From positions 69,316,001 to 69,380,000 of the forward strand of contig NC_042997.1 in assembly GCF_006345805.1 (NCBI RefSeq): a DNA stretch of 64,000 nucleotides, read 5' to 3'. The notes under the pieces are model-generated. The model was not told the DNA's origin and made no database searches. It saw only the letters and a program-made list of their open reading frames with translations. Positions within the stretch are counted from its first letter, which is position 1. Each line of letters opens with the position of its first letter. Of the stretch, positions 27,158-39,940 are shown piece by piece. The translations under genes were made by a program, and so were the position numbers. Origin of the DNA: Octopus sinensis (Eukaryota).

Positions 27158-27309
27158 GTAAGATACTTTTAATCACACGCATACACGCGGATAAACAAAC
27201 GCACGGGTGCATATACACGCACATACTCATATATGCATTTATACATATATGCATTTGTATACATTTATATACATACACATACATACATACATACATACAT
27301 ACATACATA

Positions 27310-29695
27310 CATCCAGAGCCTCTACACTGTGATCCCTCACCACGAGGGGCTGCGAGCACTTAAACACTTCCTGGACCTCCGACCCAATCCCCAACCCGAC
27401 ACCTCCACACTCGTTCGTCTGGCCGAACTTGTCCTCTAACTCAATTGCTTCTCGTTCGCGGGCGAGTTCTATCAGGACTCGGCAGTGGCCATGGGAACGA
27501 GAATGGGCCCCAACTATGCGAACCTGTTCGTTGGCTATGTTGAGACCCAAATATTCTCTAGTTTCACTGGTCTCACTCCCAAACTATATGGCCGTTATAT
27601 TGACGACTGTATCGGTGCCACCTCACTCTCCCGCGAACATCTAGAATGCTTCCTCTCTTTCGTCAAATCTTTCCATCCTGCCCTCCACTTCTCCTGCACT
27701 ATCTCTAACACCTCTGTCTCCTTTCTTGACTACAAACACTACAAACATCCACTACAAACACACAGACACACACTCATACCTAAACTTTCCTCCTCCCACC
27801 CCAAACACACCAAGCTTTCCATATCCTATTCCCAATTCCTCCGTCTACGCAGGCTCTGTAGTGACGACCATGACTTTGAGACTCAGTCTCAACTCATAGC
27901 TCGCCACTTCATCCTATGTGGATATCCCCTCACCGCCCTTGCCAGAGCACGTTCCGTGGACCGTGCAACTGCTCTCTTTCCCCGAACCTGCCCTGCAGTC
28001 TCCCGCTTCCATTTACCCCTCACCTACCACCCCACCATCCTACCTCTCCAACGCACCATTCTCCGATCTTTCTGGCATCTCCAGTCCGACCCGTCCACTT
28101 CACTCATCTTCCCTAACCGACTCCTCTCCTCCTTCAAACGAGCCTACAATCTACGATACCTCTTGGTCCACAGCTTCTTCCCCAACCCTACCTCCCAACC
28201 TGTCTCGTTATCCTGCTCCCGTCCACACTGCCGCACTTGCCCTTACCTCTTCAACACTATCCTCCTCACCGGCACCCATCATCGACCCTATCGCATCATC
28301 AAATATTTCACCTGCACCTCCAGCAATATCATCTGTTGCATCTCCTGCTCTCTCTGCCATTCCCTGTACATCGGACAAACGGGACGCCACTTGGCTGACC
28401 GGTTCGCGGAACACCTCCAAGACAACCGCCTCAGCAATGACACCCCAGTCTCACACCATTTCCCCTCCACCGGTCACTCCTTGCAACACCTGTCTGTGTT
28501 CGGATTGTCCTTGCACATAGGCCATCCAGACTCCCGTTTGCGCCGTAAACAGGGATTAATCTTCTCTCTTCGCTCTTTTACACCATTTGGTCTCAACTCT
28601 GCTCCCTTCTGCATCTAACCTCCTCCCCAACTCCTACATCTTTTCCCCCTACTCTCTTTCCCTCTTTTCCCTTACTCTCTTTCTCTCTTCTCTCTTTCTC
28701 TCTGCTCCCTCACTCATCTTCTCTCCTCTCTCCCCCTCCCTCTTCCTTCTTCCCACACAACTCTCCTCTCTTGCCCCAAATCCTACTTCTCTTCACTCCT
28801 ACTTCTCTCCACTGCTACTTCTCTTCACCCCTACTCTCTTTACCTCTTCTCTCTTACTCTCTTTCTCTATTCTCTCCTACTCTCTTTCTCTCCCCTCCTT
28901 CCCTTTTCCCTCTTACTCTCTTCCTCTCTTATTCTCTTTCTCTCCTCTCTCTCCTCTCTTATTCTCTTTCTCTCTTCTCTCCTACTCTTTCACCCTCTCT
29001 TTCTCTCTTCTTTCTTACTCTCTTTCTCTCTTCTCTCCTCTTCTCTCTCCTCACATACCCACCTTCCTCTCCCCCCATAAACCCACCCACCCCTACACAT
29101 CCCTACTCCACCGTCCCTATCCTCCCCATCCCCATCCTATCCCCACCCCTCCCCCACATACCTCACCTCTACCCCCACTCTCTGCCTACCCACAAACCCC
29201 AACTCTACCCAAACCCCTAGCCGAACACACACCTCACCCGTGCTTTCCCCACTCTCGCCTCCCCCACCTCCATCAACAACACAACACACCACCCACACAC
29301 CCATCCCCACGTCTTCTCACCTACACGTACATACACGCACACGTCCAGACCACCAGCCCTCTTTCACACGCACATACATACTCTCTTATACACACACGCA
29401 CCTTTGTGTTGGGGGGTCATCTTTAACTTGTAATCTCCCCTACTTGTAATCACTCCTACTTTCCTTCCTGTGTTTGACCCTTCTGCCCGGCACTAGTCGC
29501 CATGATAGATCGTTAGCCACAACAAACATTTTTTTCTCTCCTTGTTTCTCTCCTTGTTTTTTCTGTGTCCCTTTCTGTAGAAGAGCGTAGCCTCGAAACG
29601 TAAAATACTTTTTCTATTCCTGAGCGTTATACTAATACATCTGTTTGTTTTGTACACCACCTGTCTTCGTCTTTTGTTTTTTTCGTAAACTCTCC

Positions 29696-29700
<5 letters not shown>
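27310..29700 (+). mobile_element. 5'-truncated Penelope-like element (Neptune-type RT + GIY-YIG) with long pyrimidine-rich 3' region and pseudo-LTR end
   Basis: SLYTVIP, AMGTRMGPNYANLFVG, YGRYIDDCIG, linker CSRPHCRTCPY and EN NIICCISCSLCHSLYIGQTGR..RFAEH...GLN. Begins in (CATA)n and ends at (TA)n. Confidence 0.92.
29572..29605 (+). ncRNA. Degenerate minimal hammerhead motif at the 3' end of a PLE
   Basis: TTT-CTGTAGA-A-GAGC(GTAG)CCTC-GAA-ACGT-A-AAA. Core A6 is replaced by T. Shares the downstream TTCCTGAGCG motif with the 38.6-kb copy. Confidence 0.4.
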
Positions 29701-29756
<56 letters not shown>

Positions 29757-29764
29757 AGAATATA

Positions 29765-29855
29765 CGCCCCAGAGGGACTCGAATCCGCGACCCTCAGATA
29801 ACATTTATGGTTAACCTATAAAAGTCGGATGCTCTACCGACTGAGCTATGCGTGC
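29765..29855 (-). tRNA. tRNA-Lys(UUU)-like gene or pseudogene with 19-nt intron
   Basis: GCACGCA-TA-GCTCAGTCGGTAGAGC-A-TCCGA-CTTTTA-[TAGGTTAACCATAAATGTT]-ATCTGA-GGGTC-GCGGATTCGAGTCCCTC-TGGGGCG. D-arm and A/B boxes are Lys-type and the intron sits at 37/38. Mismatches in the acceptor and T stems suggest a pseudogene. Confidence 0.7.
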
Positions 29856-29900
29856 ATAGCCCAGTCGGTAGAGCATTAAACGTTTCTAAGTTGACTTTAG
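29850..29900 (+). pseudogene. 5' fragment of the same tRNA-Lys(UUU), overlapping the minus copy head-to-head
   Basis: GCGTGCATAGCCCAGTCGGTAGAGCAT followed by a decayed anticodon and intron remnant (taagttgactttag). Confidence 0.6.
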
Positions 29901-29903
29901 TAT

Positions 29904-30002
29904 GCGCGCATAGCTCATAGCTCAGTCGGTAGAGCATCAGATTTTTATAGGTTGACCTTAGAGGTTATCTGAGGGTCACGGGTTCGAGTCCATCTGTGGG
30001 CG
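29904..30002 (+). tRNA. tRNA-Lys(UUU)-like pseudogene with 19-nt intron and a 7-nt internal duplication
   Basis: GCGCGCA-TAGCTCA-TAGCTCAGTCGGTAGAGCATCAGATTTTTA-[TAGGTTGACCTTAGAGGTT]-ATCTGAGGGTCACGGGTTCGAGTCCATCTGTGGGCG. Confidence 0.68.
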
Positions 30003-30047
30003 TTTATTCGTTTATATCTGGGTATGTGAGTGTGTGTGTGTGTGTGT

Positions 30048-30375
30048 GAAGGCACGTGGCTCAGTGATTAAGGTATTCGGCTCATGATCATAAGATCGTG
30101 AGTTCAATTCCCGACGACGTGTTGTATTCTAAGGCAAGACACTTTATTTCATGTTGCTCCAGTTCATTCAGCTGGCAAAAATGTGTAGTACCTGTATTTC
30201 AAAGAGCCAGTCTGGTCACATTCTGTGTCACGCTGAATCTCCTTGAGAACTACATTAAGTGTACGCGTGTCTGTGGAGTGCTCAGCCACTTGCACGTTAA
30301 TTTCACAAGCATGCTGTTTCGTTGCTCGGATCAACTAGAATTCTCGCCATCGTAACCGACAGAGTGCCAGTTACA
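30048..30375 (+). mobile_element. tRNA-derived SINE related to family C
   Basis: gaaggcacgtggctcagtgattaagg...gagttcaattcc head and a shared atttcatgttgctccagttcattcagctggca core. Confidence 0.75.
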
Positions 30376-30393
30376 TGCATGCATTTATATATA

Positions 30394-30434
<41 letters not shown>

Positions 30435-33192
30435 ACTTAGGGGCAGTTGTTTTTCCACTAAACACATGCACTCTTTATTTGATCTTCAATCTAACTTTAT
30501 TGTTATTATTAGTTTATTGGTAGGAAATCTTTCGGCACACATTCTGGTCTTTCTGTGAAAAGACGAGATGGAAAAGAAAGGACAAGATCAGAGAGAAAAA
30601 GAGACAACAAAAACAGATAGTTTTTGCAGACATTACTGAATGTGTAACGAAGGAACTCTAACAAATAAACCAATAATAATAATAAAAATAAAGGAAAAAT
30701 CAAACAAATTGTGCGTGTGTTTATTGGCGAAATGACCTTACTGAAATATAACACTATCTGTTTCAAAACACGATTGCACATGAAGAATCTTGCAAAACAA
30801 CTACATAAACATCCAATGATTTTCAAAAGCTTTCTGAGATAGAGGGACCTGGATTTATGTTATATTAGATTCTGACCGTCGTTTGAAAACTCACATATTA
30901 GAATGTGTAACTAATTGCATTTTCATTAGTTGAAGTGTGTCACGATGTCAGTCTTAGAATTTGGGTTAGTAGTCCATGATGCAAGCGTATTAGGGTTGTG
31001 CGACTGTATGAAGGATAAATATGCCAAAATTACGGTGGTATTTGTCCGGTGCACGTGTTATGTGACAGTATGCAACGGGTTGTCAGAAAAACTAAAAATG
31101 GAGAAATAATTTGCTTGCTTGTATGCGAGACAGAGCAAGCAATATATTTGTATGTACATACGCATGTATAATGTCGTCTGTGTTTGCTTATGAAATTTGG
31201 AATAACATTAGCGTAAAGTCTTGGTGATGTAATTGTTAGTGAACATTCGATATATTGTTGTAGAGTAGTCCGTTGTATTTTTTTTATTTTCAATAAGTAT
31301 GTTTTGTTTATTATTATTCCATATTCCATGTGTGAATTTGTCAAACCAAAGGTAAAGTGAGAAGACTTGAACTTTTTGAGATTTGCTTGTTGCAAACAAA
31401 TCTAAGCTGAATCTGTTTATTTTGTTCCTCATATTTTGTTCCTGATGAATTGTAACTTTATTTCTCACGATAAGTTTTGATTAACTTTTGTTATGTGCAG
31501 TATATATCTATATCCAGTATATATTTATTTTATAATATAAATTTCTGGACGAAAAGGAAAAGTTGAAAATATTTATAGTGAAAATATGCTAGATTTAAAT
31601 TTAGAGCGATGTGTTCAGGTTTCGCATTCCAGATGAAATCACATGTTGACTATTGATGTGTTTTTAGCGTGTAATTTGGTTCTGGTGACGTAGCCAAGTT
31701 ATTAGAACGATGGATAGGTAATCCTGCGGTATTGTTTCCTGGTCCACTTCACTCGGAGTTGCTATAACTCCAAGGTCAATATAACCATTTTCCCTTTTGG
31801 GATCAATAAAGAGTCATTCCCGTATTAGAGTCGATTACACCCCCCTCTTATTTTCTCTCTTCTCTCTCTCACTCTTCTCTCTCTCATCACTGTCCTCTTT
31901 CTCTCGCCTCTTTTACTCTTTCTTTCGTTATGTTCCCCTCCTTATGGGAAGTACCAGCTGTAGTTGCACCACAAAAAGAATGAGCTGTACCAGGTCTAAT
32001 CCTACTCAAGAAACGGCGTACGGTTCCCTGGCGACTACATTAGGAAATGTGGGTCCAGTACATACGCATTCAAATAAGATATATCTATATATTATGCATA
32101 TTTGTGTGTCTATGAATATGTATGTAACTGTGCAGTTATGTTTCTACACACACACACACACACATACACACACAACACACACACACACACAAACACACGT
32201 ACGTACATATGTGTGTATGACATTATTCAGTTTTGTTTCAGATTTCTTACCCATAGAGAAAGAGCCGGTTTCTAACCTAGATCCAAGGCTCCTTCATTGG
32301 AATTTTAACATCAACAACATGCTAATTCTGTATGTACATTTGTATGTATATGTGCAGATTTGTACGTTTTGCTTAATTATGTCTTCTCATGCATATACTT
32401 GCATATCTAGACATGTTCATATATACTTAAATGATAAACTTATGTATGTATGTATTCATCCATGAAATTATGCATGTATGTATACGTGCAAAAGCCTGCA
32501 TAGTTTCGGATGGAAAATACAACCATCACGGTTGTTACGGTATCCATGTTTCCTTTCTTATTGTATATGTTATAGTACGATTTGAATGAGATTCCTCTGC
32601 GACGAACAATTTTATTAACCGTGAAAATTTTCCCCTCATTCGTTAGATTTGCATATATTTAACTTCTGAACTACAACCTATTTATGTAGTGTATATACAC
32701 ATGCACGCACGTACACATATGCACAAGCATATACCTACACACATACGTTCGCGCATGCATACATACATATAAATATATTCACAACGTATAAATTCTGATG
32801 CATAAAAATGCTATTATACTTGCATGCATGTTTGCGTGCATATATACATATGTGCTTGCAATATATATACATGTGTGCATGCATATATACATATATGCAT
32901 GCATGTATGCATGCATATATACATATATGCTTGCATACATGCATACACGCATGCATATGTCTGTATGTATTTAGGAAAAATAAACATACACATCTCTCCT
33001 TCTCTGTATACATGTGTGTATATGCGTGTGTGTGTATGAGTATGTATGTCTGCGTATTTGTATTTGAGTGTGCATCTGTGTGGACGTATGTGTAAATGCA
33101 TATATCACTTTGTATGTATGTGTGTGATTGTGTTTGTGTGTAGTGACGGATAAATAAATAAATAATAAATAAATAAATAAATAAATAAATAA

Positions 33193-33223
<31 letters not shown>

Positions 33224-36014
33224 CATACATACATACATACACACATACATAGATACCAATATAGACAAAAAGACTGAGGTAGAGAGAGGAGAGGAAGCAG
33301 GAGATGGAGAGAGCGGGAGTGAGGTACAAAATGTGCGTGTATGTGTGTGTTTATATTGTCTGTAATTAAATACTTCCCCCAACTCTGGATTCATTTCCCA
33401 TTCATACAAATCTAGTTCTTACTACAAAGTGACGTGTTGCTGCTGCTCCAACTCCTTCTGTTACGGGCTTCGCTAGTTATCATTATCATCATCATCATTA
33501 ACATCATCATCATCATCATCATCATCATCACCATCGTCATCGTCATCGTCGTCGTCATCATCATCATCATCATCATTTCTACAACAAATACTATCATTTT
33601 TAATATTATTTTAATAGTAGTAGCATTGTTATGGCTAATAGTTTTGGTTTTATTTATTGTTCGTGTTGTTGTTGTTGTTGTTATCTTCCCAGACGAACAA
33701 GCAATATTTAAGAGGAAGTGGGTTACCAACAATGACTCATACTGCGGTTGGTTGTTGGCACGCGATTCGGTTTTGGTTCCATTGTGGTAGTTTGTTATTA
33801 TTGTGGTAATTTTAGTAGTTGTTCTTTGCATTGGTGTCTTTTTGTTGTTGCTGTTGTTGCTGTTATTGTTACTGCTGTTACTGCTGCTGCTGCTGCTGCT
33901 GCAGCTGCTACTGATATTATTTTATGCATGCGTTTATTTTTCCCGCCACTGAAATATTTACTTACATGAACAAGTCAGGAAAACATTGATAAACAATACT
34001 TATGATGATTTCGAATACACAGCCAAATTTATAAATTCGGGGTTAGGGAAGATGATGTAAATATACCCCCAATACTTGACCCCGGAAGAATGAAATATAA
34101 AGTAGATGCCAGCGGGATCTGAAGTCAGAATGTAAATATATATAACTAACTACTACTAGGTATTTTATACGTTACTCAACCGATTCTGTTAATGTAACCA
34201 TTTTGCGCTTTAAACACAGACATAGGTGTTTGGTTAAAGAAGTTGCTTTTCATTCAATAAGTCAAATTTGATCCCTCTATGTAGGGGCTTGAAAAACTGG
34301 CCTTACAATAGTCTAGTGTCTACATGCGCCTTGTGAATGAAATTAGAAGCTTGTCACACGTATTGTAACAATAATTTCATGGTGTGGGCTTGCCAAATAT
34401 TTTGTCACTGGGAATTGTATAATGCTACAGGTTTCTGCCTAATATTTAGCCAGTTACATGTAATTCATCGGATGTTTAGTAGATAGAACAGTTGAATGAT
34501 CATTCTCGACAAAGTTTCAATCGCAAGGAATGTAACTTAAGAAAAAAAAACTATAACCAGCAATATTTATATACACTCATTCATATTCATAATTCAAACT
34601 CAAATGCTACTGTACTCCACGTGGCCGAGATGTACGAAAACAAACTTATCTTCGTTCCCAAATTGAGTTCATTGTCCACTGCCCATTGATTTCTGATTAT
34701 TTTATGTTCATCTTTTTTTTATGTCTTTTAATCTTAGAGAAAGAAAATCAGCGGAGACCGCCAAGAATGGCGATGGTGAGAAATAAATAAATCACGACTT
34801 TTGTCTAGAAGTATTAGAGAAAGATTGGGTCGTATCGCGTCTATGATAGAAGACATATGTGCGAGTGCACTGGTAGGAAACCCGAAAGCATATGATTGTG
34901 GTTTGAACTTCTTAAACGTGCAGCCATGTCTTCTTACCTTCCGTTATGGTGTGTGAGTCCACTCTATCTGAGGTATGGGGTTGTGAAGATCTCGTTATGT
35001 TTGTGTAGCAAGTTACGATGGAAATGTTTCTTCTGTTTAGTAGCTATCGAAAAGTGTATATTGGAAGGACAAAGACCTTAGGACAGCATACTTTTTTCTT
35101 CTCTGACTTAATCCTCATTATCTTCTTTGATTTCATCATCCATCTGAAGTGAAAAGGAAGATAGAAAAGGAGGTGCTGCTCCACAGCAACTTATATGAAA
35201 AGTGGATTAATGTGGCAGACATGAATGACAGAAATAACTTTTTGTCTTTACGGTGATTATGGCGGTGAGATGTGATATGCTTTGCGAATAAAGATGGTTG
35301 ATGGTTTGGATTACCTTATGTGCCTACCACCTTTCCTAAATTTGGTACCTGTTAACTATAGGAATCGGAATTATTTCGTTTGCATTGGTAGTATTTTAAC
35401 AAATGTGTGATATCGATATTGTCCACTTGTAGAAAGATTTTAATGTTTGCTCGCATGATTTTAATTATGTGCATTTAATTAAATTTATAAAGGTACAGAA
35501 ACATAATTATTAGAATAATATTTGCGTTTAATTAAATTTACAAAGGTACAGAAACATAATTATTAAAATAGTTTCTATTAGATAACGGTCCCAGAATTTC
35601 TAACTAATATACATAACATATTAACTGTTAGGAATCTGATTGTATGGCCATGATCTTTGACACCTCTTTTGTTCTAATGTTCTCGAATTGTGGATTTCAA
35701 TTCAAAGAAGCTAAATATTGTGAAATAAAAATATCTGAAGAAATTTGCTAATATTATTGGCAAGAATATGTTGCAAACATCACTCAAAATCCTGTGTTTG
35801 GTGACGTACCAATAATGTTCTACAAAATACACTTGAACGCAACCGTAGAGTTCAAAAGTGCACGCTGTATAACAGCAATGTTTATTGAATGTTAAGGTAG
35901 TTTTCCTTGCACATGTAATCTCCTCGGTTATATTTTTCCAACGCACACACAGTCACACACATACACACCTATATGTGTCTGCGCATGCGCGTATATGTGT
36001 GTCCACTCACACAC

Positions 36015-36074
<60 letters not shown>

Positions 36075-36077
<3 letters not shown>

Positions 36078-36740
36078 CTTATAAGAAAGGGCTAAAGAAA
36101 ATTATTTCAAAGCCAATATGCTGATTTTCCACATATAATCTACTCGCTACAGGAAAATTGAACTGAAGTCGGGCAAGCTAGCCGTTAGAATATTTAAATT
36201 TCGTTATCTCTATATTGAATCAATTTCGGAATTAATCTCATAAAAGATTTATTCGTCTTCAGTTGAGCTTACGAGAAAATATAAATAAGATACCTACATG
36301 CGCCCATGGAAAAAGCCGAAGCAAAAAACATGAGTACACTCAAGTACCCCAGTTATATCTAAAAATAAAAATTCTTTGGTCAGCCTCAGAACAACGTGTT
36401 GACTGCTCGCCACTACAGATTATAGTGGTTACCAGTCTCTATAGCGGGTAGTAATAAGTCTACTACTAATATAGGATGAAGTTTTTTTCTCTACAGAAAA
36501 GAATTCCATCAAGAAATGTGGCAGCATATTAAAATACCTTTACGGTTAAAATTATAAACAACTTATAAGAAAGGGCTAAAGAAAATTATTTCAAAGCCAA
36601 TATGCAGATTTTTCACATATAATCTACTCGCTACAGAAAAAGTGAACTGAAGTCGGGCAAGCTAACCGTTAGAATGTTTAAATTTCGTTATCTCTATATT
36701 GAATCAATTTCGGAATTAATCTCATAAAAGATTTATATAT
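36075..36740 (-). mobile_element. Non-coding retrozyme/pseudo-LTR-like unit (~1.4 monomers of 484 nt) between (TA)n tracts
   Basis: ~180-bp direct repeats at 36078-36255 and 36561-36738 with a few mismatches; hammerhead spans the junction of repeat and unique sequence. Confidence 0.6.
36201..36274 (-). ncRNA. Type I hammerhead ribozyme motif (near-canonical)
   Basis: Minus strand: TCGTAAGCTCAA-CTGAAGA-C-GAATAAATCT(TTTATG)AGATTAATTC-C-GAAA-TTG(ATT)CAA-TA^TAGAGATAACGA. Stem I pairs 9 of 12, stem II has 9 bp, stem III has 4 bp, and the triplet is AUA. Confidence 0.7.
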
Positions 36741-36741
36741 A

Positions 36742-36820
<79 letters not shown>

Positions 36821-37296
36821 GTATGTATGCATGTATAATGTATGTGTATGTGTGAAAGGGAGAGATAGATAGAGGGGAAGTGTGTGTGGGTGCGTGTGTG
36901 TGTACGTTAGAAAGAACTAATGGGAGAAATAGTACAGTGTACTGTATTAGATAAGGAAGAAGTGCTAACCGTGATAGTAGATTTAGAAAGCAAATGTAGT
37001 AAATAATTGGACGATAAGAAGATGGAGATCTTTATAACAAGCTGATTATTAATTGTACATACATATATACGCACATACGCACATACATATCGTCCTTTAG
37101 ACTTGAGTCATCAGAAAGTGGCAAGAAGATGCTAGGTTACAATACAGGGTTGATGAAGAATATTGAAACGATATCAGTAAACTGGTAAGGATGATACTGA
37201 CTGGCTGCCGTTTAGTGAGAAAAATGAAGTCGTCGTGAGTTGCACAGCGCTTATTGTTACCCAATAATAAAATACGGTACAATATAATAATCATTC

Positions 37297-37500
37297 TTAC
37301 TCTAGACACAAGGCCCGAAACTTTTGGGGAGGGAGCCAGTCGATTAGATCGGCCCCAGTACAGAAGTGGTACTTTATTTATCGACCCCGAAAGGATGAAA
37401 GGCAAAGCTGACCTCGGCAGAATTTGAACTCAGAATGTAAAGACAAACGAAATACTGCTGAGTATTTGGCCGGCGTGCTAACGTTTCTGCCAGCTCGCTC
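37297..37500 (-). mobile_element. SINE family B monomer
   Basis: Reverse-complement match to the family B core. Confidence 0.85.
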
Positions 37501-38476
37501 CTTAAATATAATAATCATAATAAAAAAACAAATTTCGGAATGTAATACAGTATTATAAATATAGCAGTAATACCATATAGTAGATACTATCATTTCAAAA
37601 TTCCAGGAAGAAGCAAGACAAATTTAGCAATCGTGCCATTTATAAAGCTTGGAGTAAATAAACAAATACTCAACTTAGTAAACGAACAAAACCTATTATG
37701 TGTGTGTGGTATTTGTGTGTGTTGTTTGTGTGTGTGTGTGTGCCTGTATGTGTGTGACCGAGTGTGCGTTTGTAATTTAATTTTGTGTAACAGTTATGAA
37801 TTCCCAATATACAGGGTCTTATCATTCTTGGGCTGCTGGATTAGTTGTATTAAGGAGATAAAGGATAACTAGCCCTTAAATGTAACGTTTGTTTATCACA
37901 AAAAATAACCACCATAAAAGTGACGCATATAGAATGAATTTGTCACTCTAGTGCTGCAGCAAAGTCTATCTAATAATTTTTAAAACTTACTCACATATAG
38001 AGGCATGTATGCGAGGACGTAGTAATTTTAAATGCAGTTGCTAAAATATATATCGCCATCCTTAGGAAATACGGACTTGTGATAAATATAGAAGATACAT
38101 CAGTTATTGAATAAATACGTAAGCAACATCGTTGAAAATTTCACAGCAACATGTCTATCAACTACAACATAACGGCTCTGATATAGTTGTTTCCATTAGA
38201 GTAAGCGAAAATATGTATAGTTATAAACGTTTGCTAATCTGCAGATGTGAACGCTTCTTCCAGTATTGTGACAAAAACAATATTTAGAGACAATTGACTC
38301 GAAACCGACAGCTTCGAGATCCTGATTATAAGTTTATATTCATACATTTTGATGCATTTGTTTATGTTAGTAAATATCTTAGTGTCAATCTGGTATAGTT
38401 AAGATTTTCTAACAAAAAGTAAAAGCAAATTGATTAGCTAACATGCACTTTCGAAATAAAAATCTTCGAAGGGAGC

Positions 38477-38512
<36 letters not shown>

Positions 38513-38611
38513 ATCCAAACATGAAAACACAAAGAGAAAACACAACAACGCGAGGACGTGGAATAAGTATAGTGTTATTGGACGCTCAGGAAAGGAAAGA
38601 AAGAAGGAGGA

Positions 38612-38644
38612 TTTAACGTTTCGGGCGGAGCTCTTCGTCAGAAA
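38612..38644 (-). ncRNA. Minimal PLE-type hammerhead motif in a solitary pseudo-LTR fragment
   Basis: Minus strand: TTT-CTGACGA-A-GAGC(TCC)GCCC-GAA-ACGT-T-AAA. Palindromic ACGT stem III; one mismatch in stem II. Lies in a ~200-bp unit between (TA)n tracts. Confidence 0.55.
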
Positions 38645-39279
38645 CATAGAAAAAGGAAAGGTCCAAGGAAGGGAAGACGGAAGAAGAAAATCGCCAACAA
38701 TACACCATATATATATACAAAACTTTCATAGATTTCAACAATTCAAATTCTAAAAATGGTGCTTTGCTTAGCAAATCAATACTTTTATGGGAATATTTTG
38801 AAAAAGAAATTATACATAGAAAATAGACGTAATGATGAAAATAATAAATAATAAATATCACCCATCAAGATAAAACAGAAGACTAGTATGTACTAAGATG
38901 TTTTCTTTTAAGATTGCAAATTGAGTGCTATATATTTTGATTTTGCTCCAATTCGAGAATTGATTGAAAAACAAATTGTGCATTTAATTGTTCCTAATTA
39001 ACTTTAAACCATCGTAACAATAGATTGAGGTTGCGGTGGAGAATCGGTGGAGAAATTTGATTTCAAATACCAATGTGATTAAATTTACCTTTTATCCCTT
39101 AGGTACTGGGATTGATAGTATCAAGTAAACCCTTAGTTTACTTGATTCGTTATTTTAATCGTATTAATTATTATTGCTCAACGTAATCTTGTGTGCAGTG
39201 CCTAAGAGTGCCCTTTTCTCTGTGTAATGCATACCTGAAAGTCCTGTGTGTTAGTTATGTATTTATCTGCATATTCATT

Positions 39280-39535
39280 GATCATTCGAAAAGCACCTCT
39301 TATCATAGGGTTTATTTCTGTTTTCAGGTTCTATATTTAGATTATCTCTTTCTCCGGATTTTTAAATTTAGATAATTTCTCCATCTCATCTACAGATGCA
39401 TTATAATCTGTTGGAACTGATGTATGTGTGTATTGACATATCCTAGTGCATGGATATTTTGCCATTCTCGGAGACTTTTCCTGCTGTATGTCAATATCAT
39501 ATCTTTTCTGTTCAAACTTCATAATGCTGATGTAA
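39280..39535 (-). mobile_element. Degraded R4/Dong-like RLE fragment
   Basis: SVPTDYNASVDEMEKLSKFKNPEKEII resembles xPxDxNxxxKExEKLxKYKDLExEI. Confidence 0.5.
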
Positions 39536-39589
39536 CTTCGTTATATATAAGTCACGAATCTGACATATTTACGGAAGTACACTAAGAGT

Positions 39590-39940
39590 GATTGACGAAA
39601 TCAATGTTAGAATATCTAAGGTTACAAGTCTTTTGGAACACTTTGCCATTGTTTGTGGGATGAACACAGCATCAGTTTGGAAACTAGAATAAGTTTGTGC
39701 ACAACTGTGGTATTTTGAGCACACTTTTGTACTGGATTAAAGCATGGACTCCCTACTATAGACATATAAAGAAACTGGAACCTTTTCTCATGTACTGTCT
39801 GTGCAATATCTGCAAAATAAAATGGTGAGATATCAAATGTCGAAATTACAGAAAACTGTGGTATCTCCAGTACCGAAATTATGCTGTTGAGAACTCAGTG
39901 CAGACGCGAAGGAATGTAAGATGATCGTGTTACGAAAATT
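39590..39940 (+). mobile_element. Degraded RTE-clade LINE fragment (RT C-terminus)
   Basis: DEINVRISKVTS... followed by broken-frame remnants of the RTE LLYGSEAWT...RHIKKLE..F...CL..I...W region. Confidence 0.55.

Noticed and set aside
28587-29449. 279-aa Ser/Leu/Pro-rich ORF
   Set aside because: It is the low-complexity pyrimidine-rich 3' region of the PLE; stops are absent because of base composition.
34800-35160. Exon of a nested gene on either strand
   Set aside because: Frames contain stops and no family is recognisable; it may be a decayed transposon.
37101-37184. 84-nt cassette or poison exon (cctttag|...|gtaagg)
   Set aside because: It gives an immediate stop in the pappalysin frame, has no homology to anything I recognise, and such site pairs are expected by chance in an 18-kb intron.
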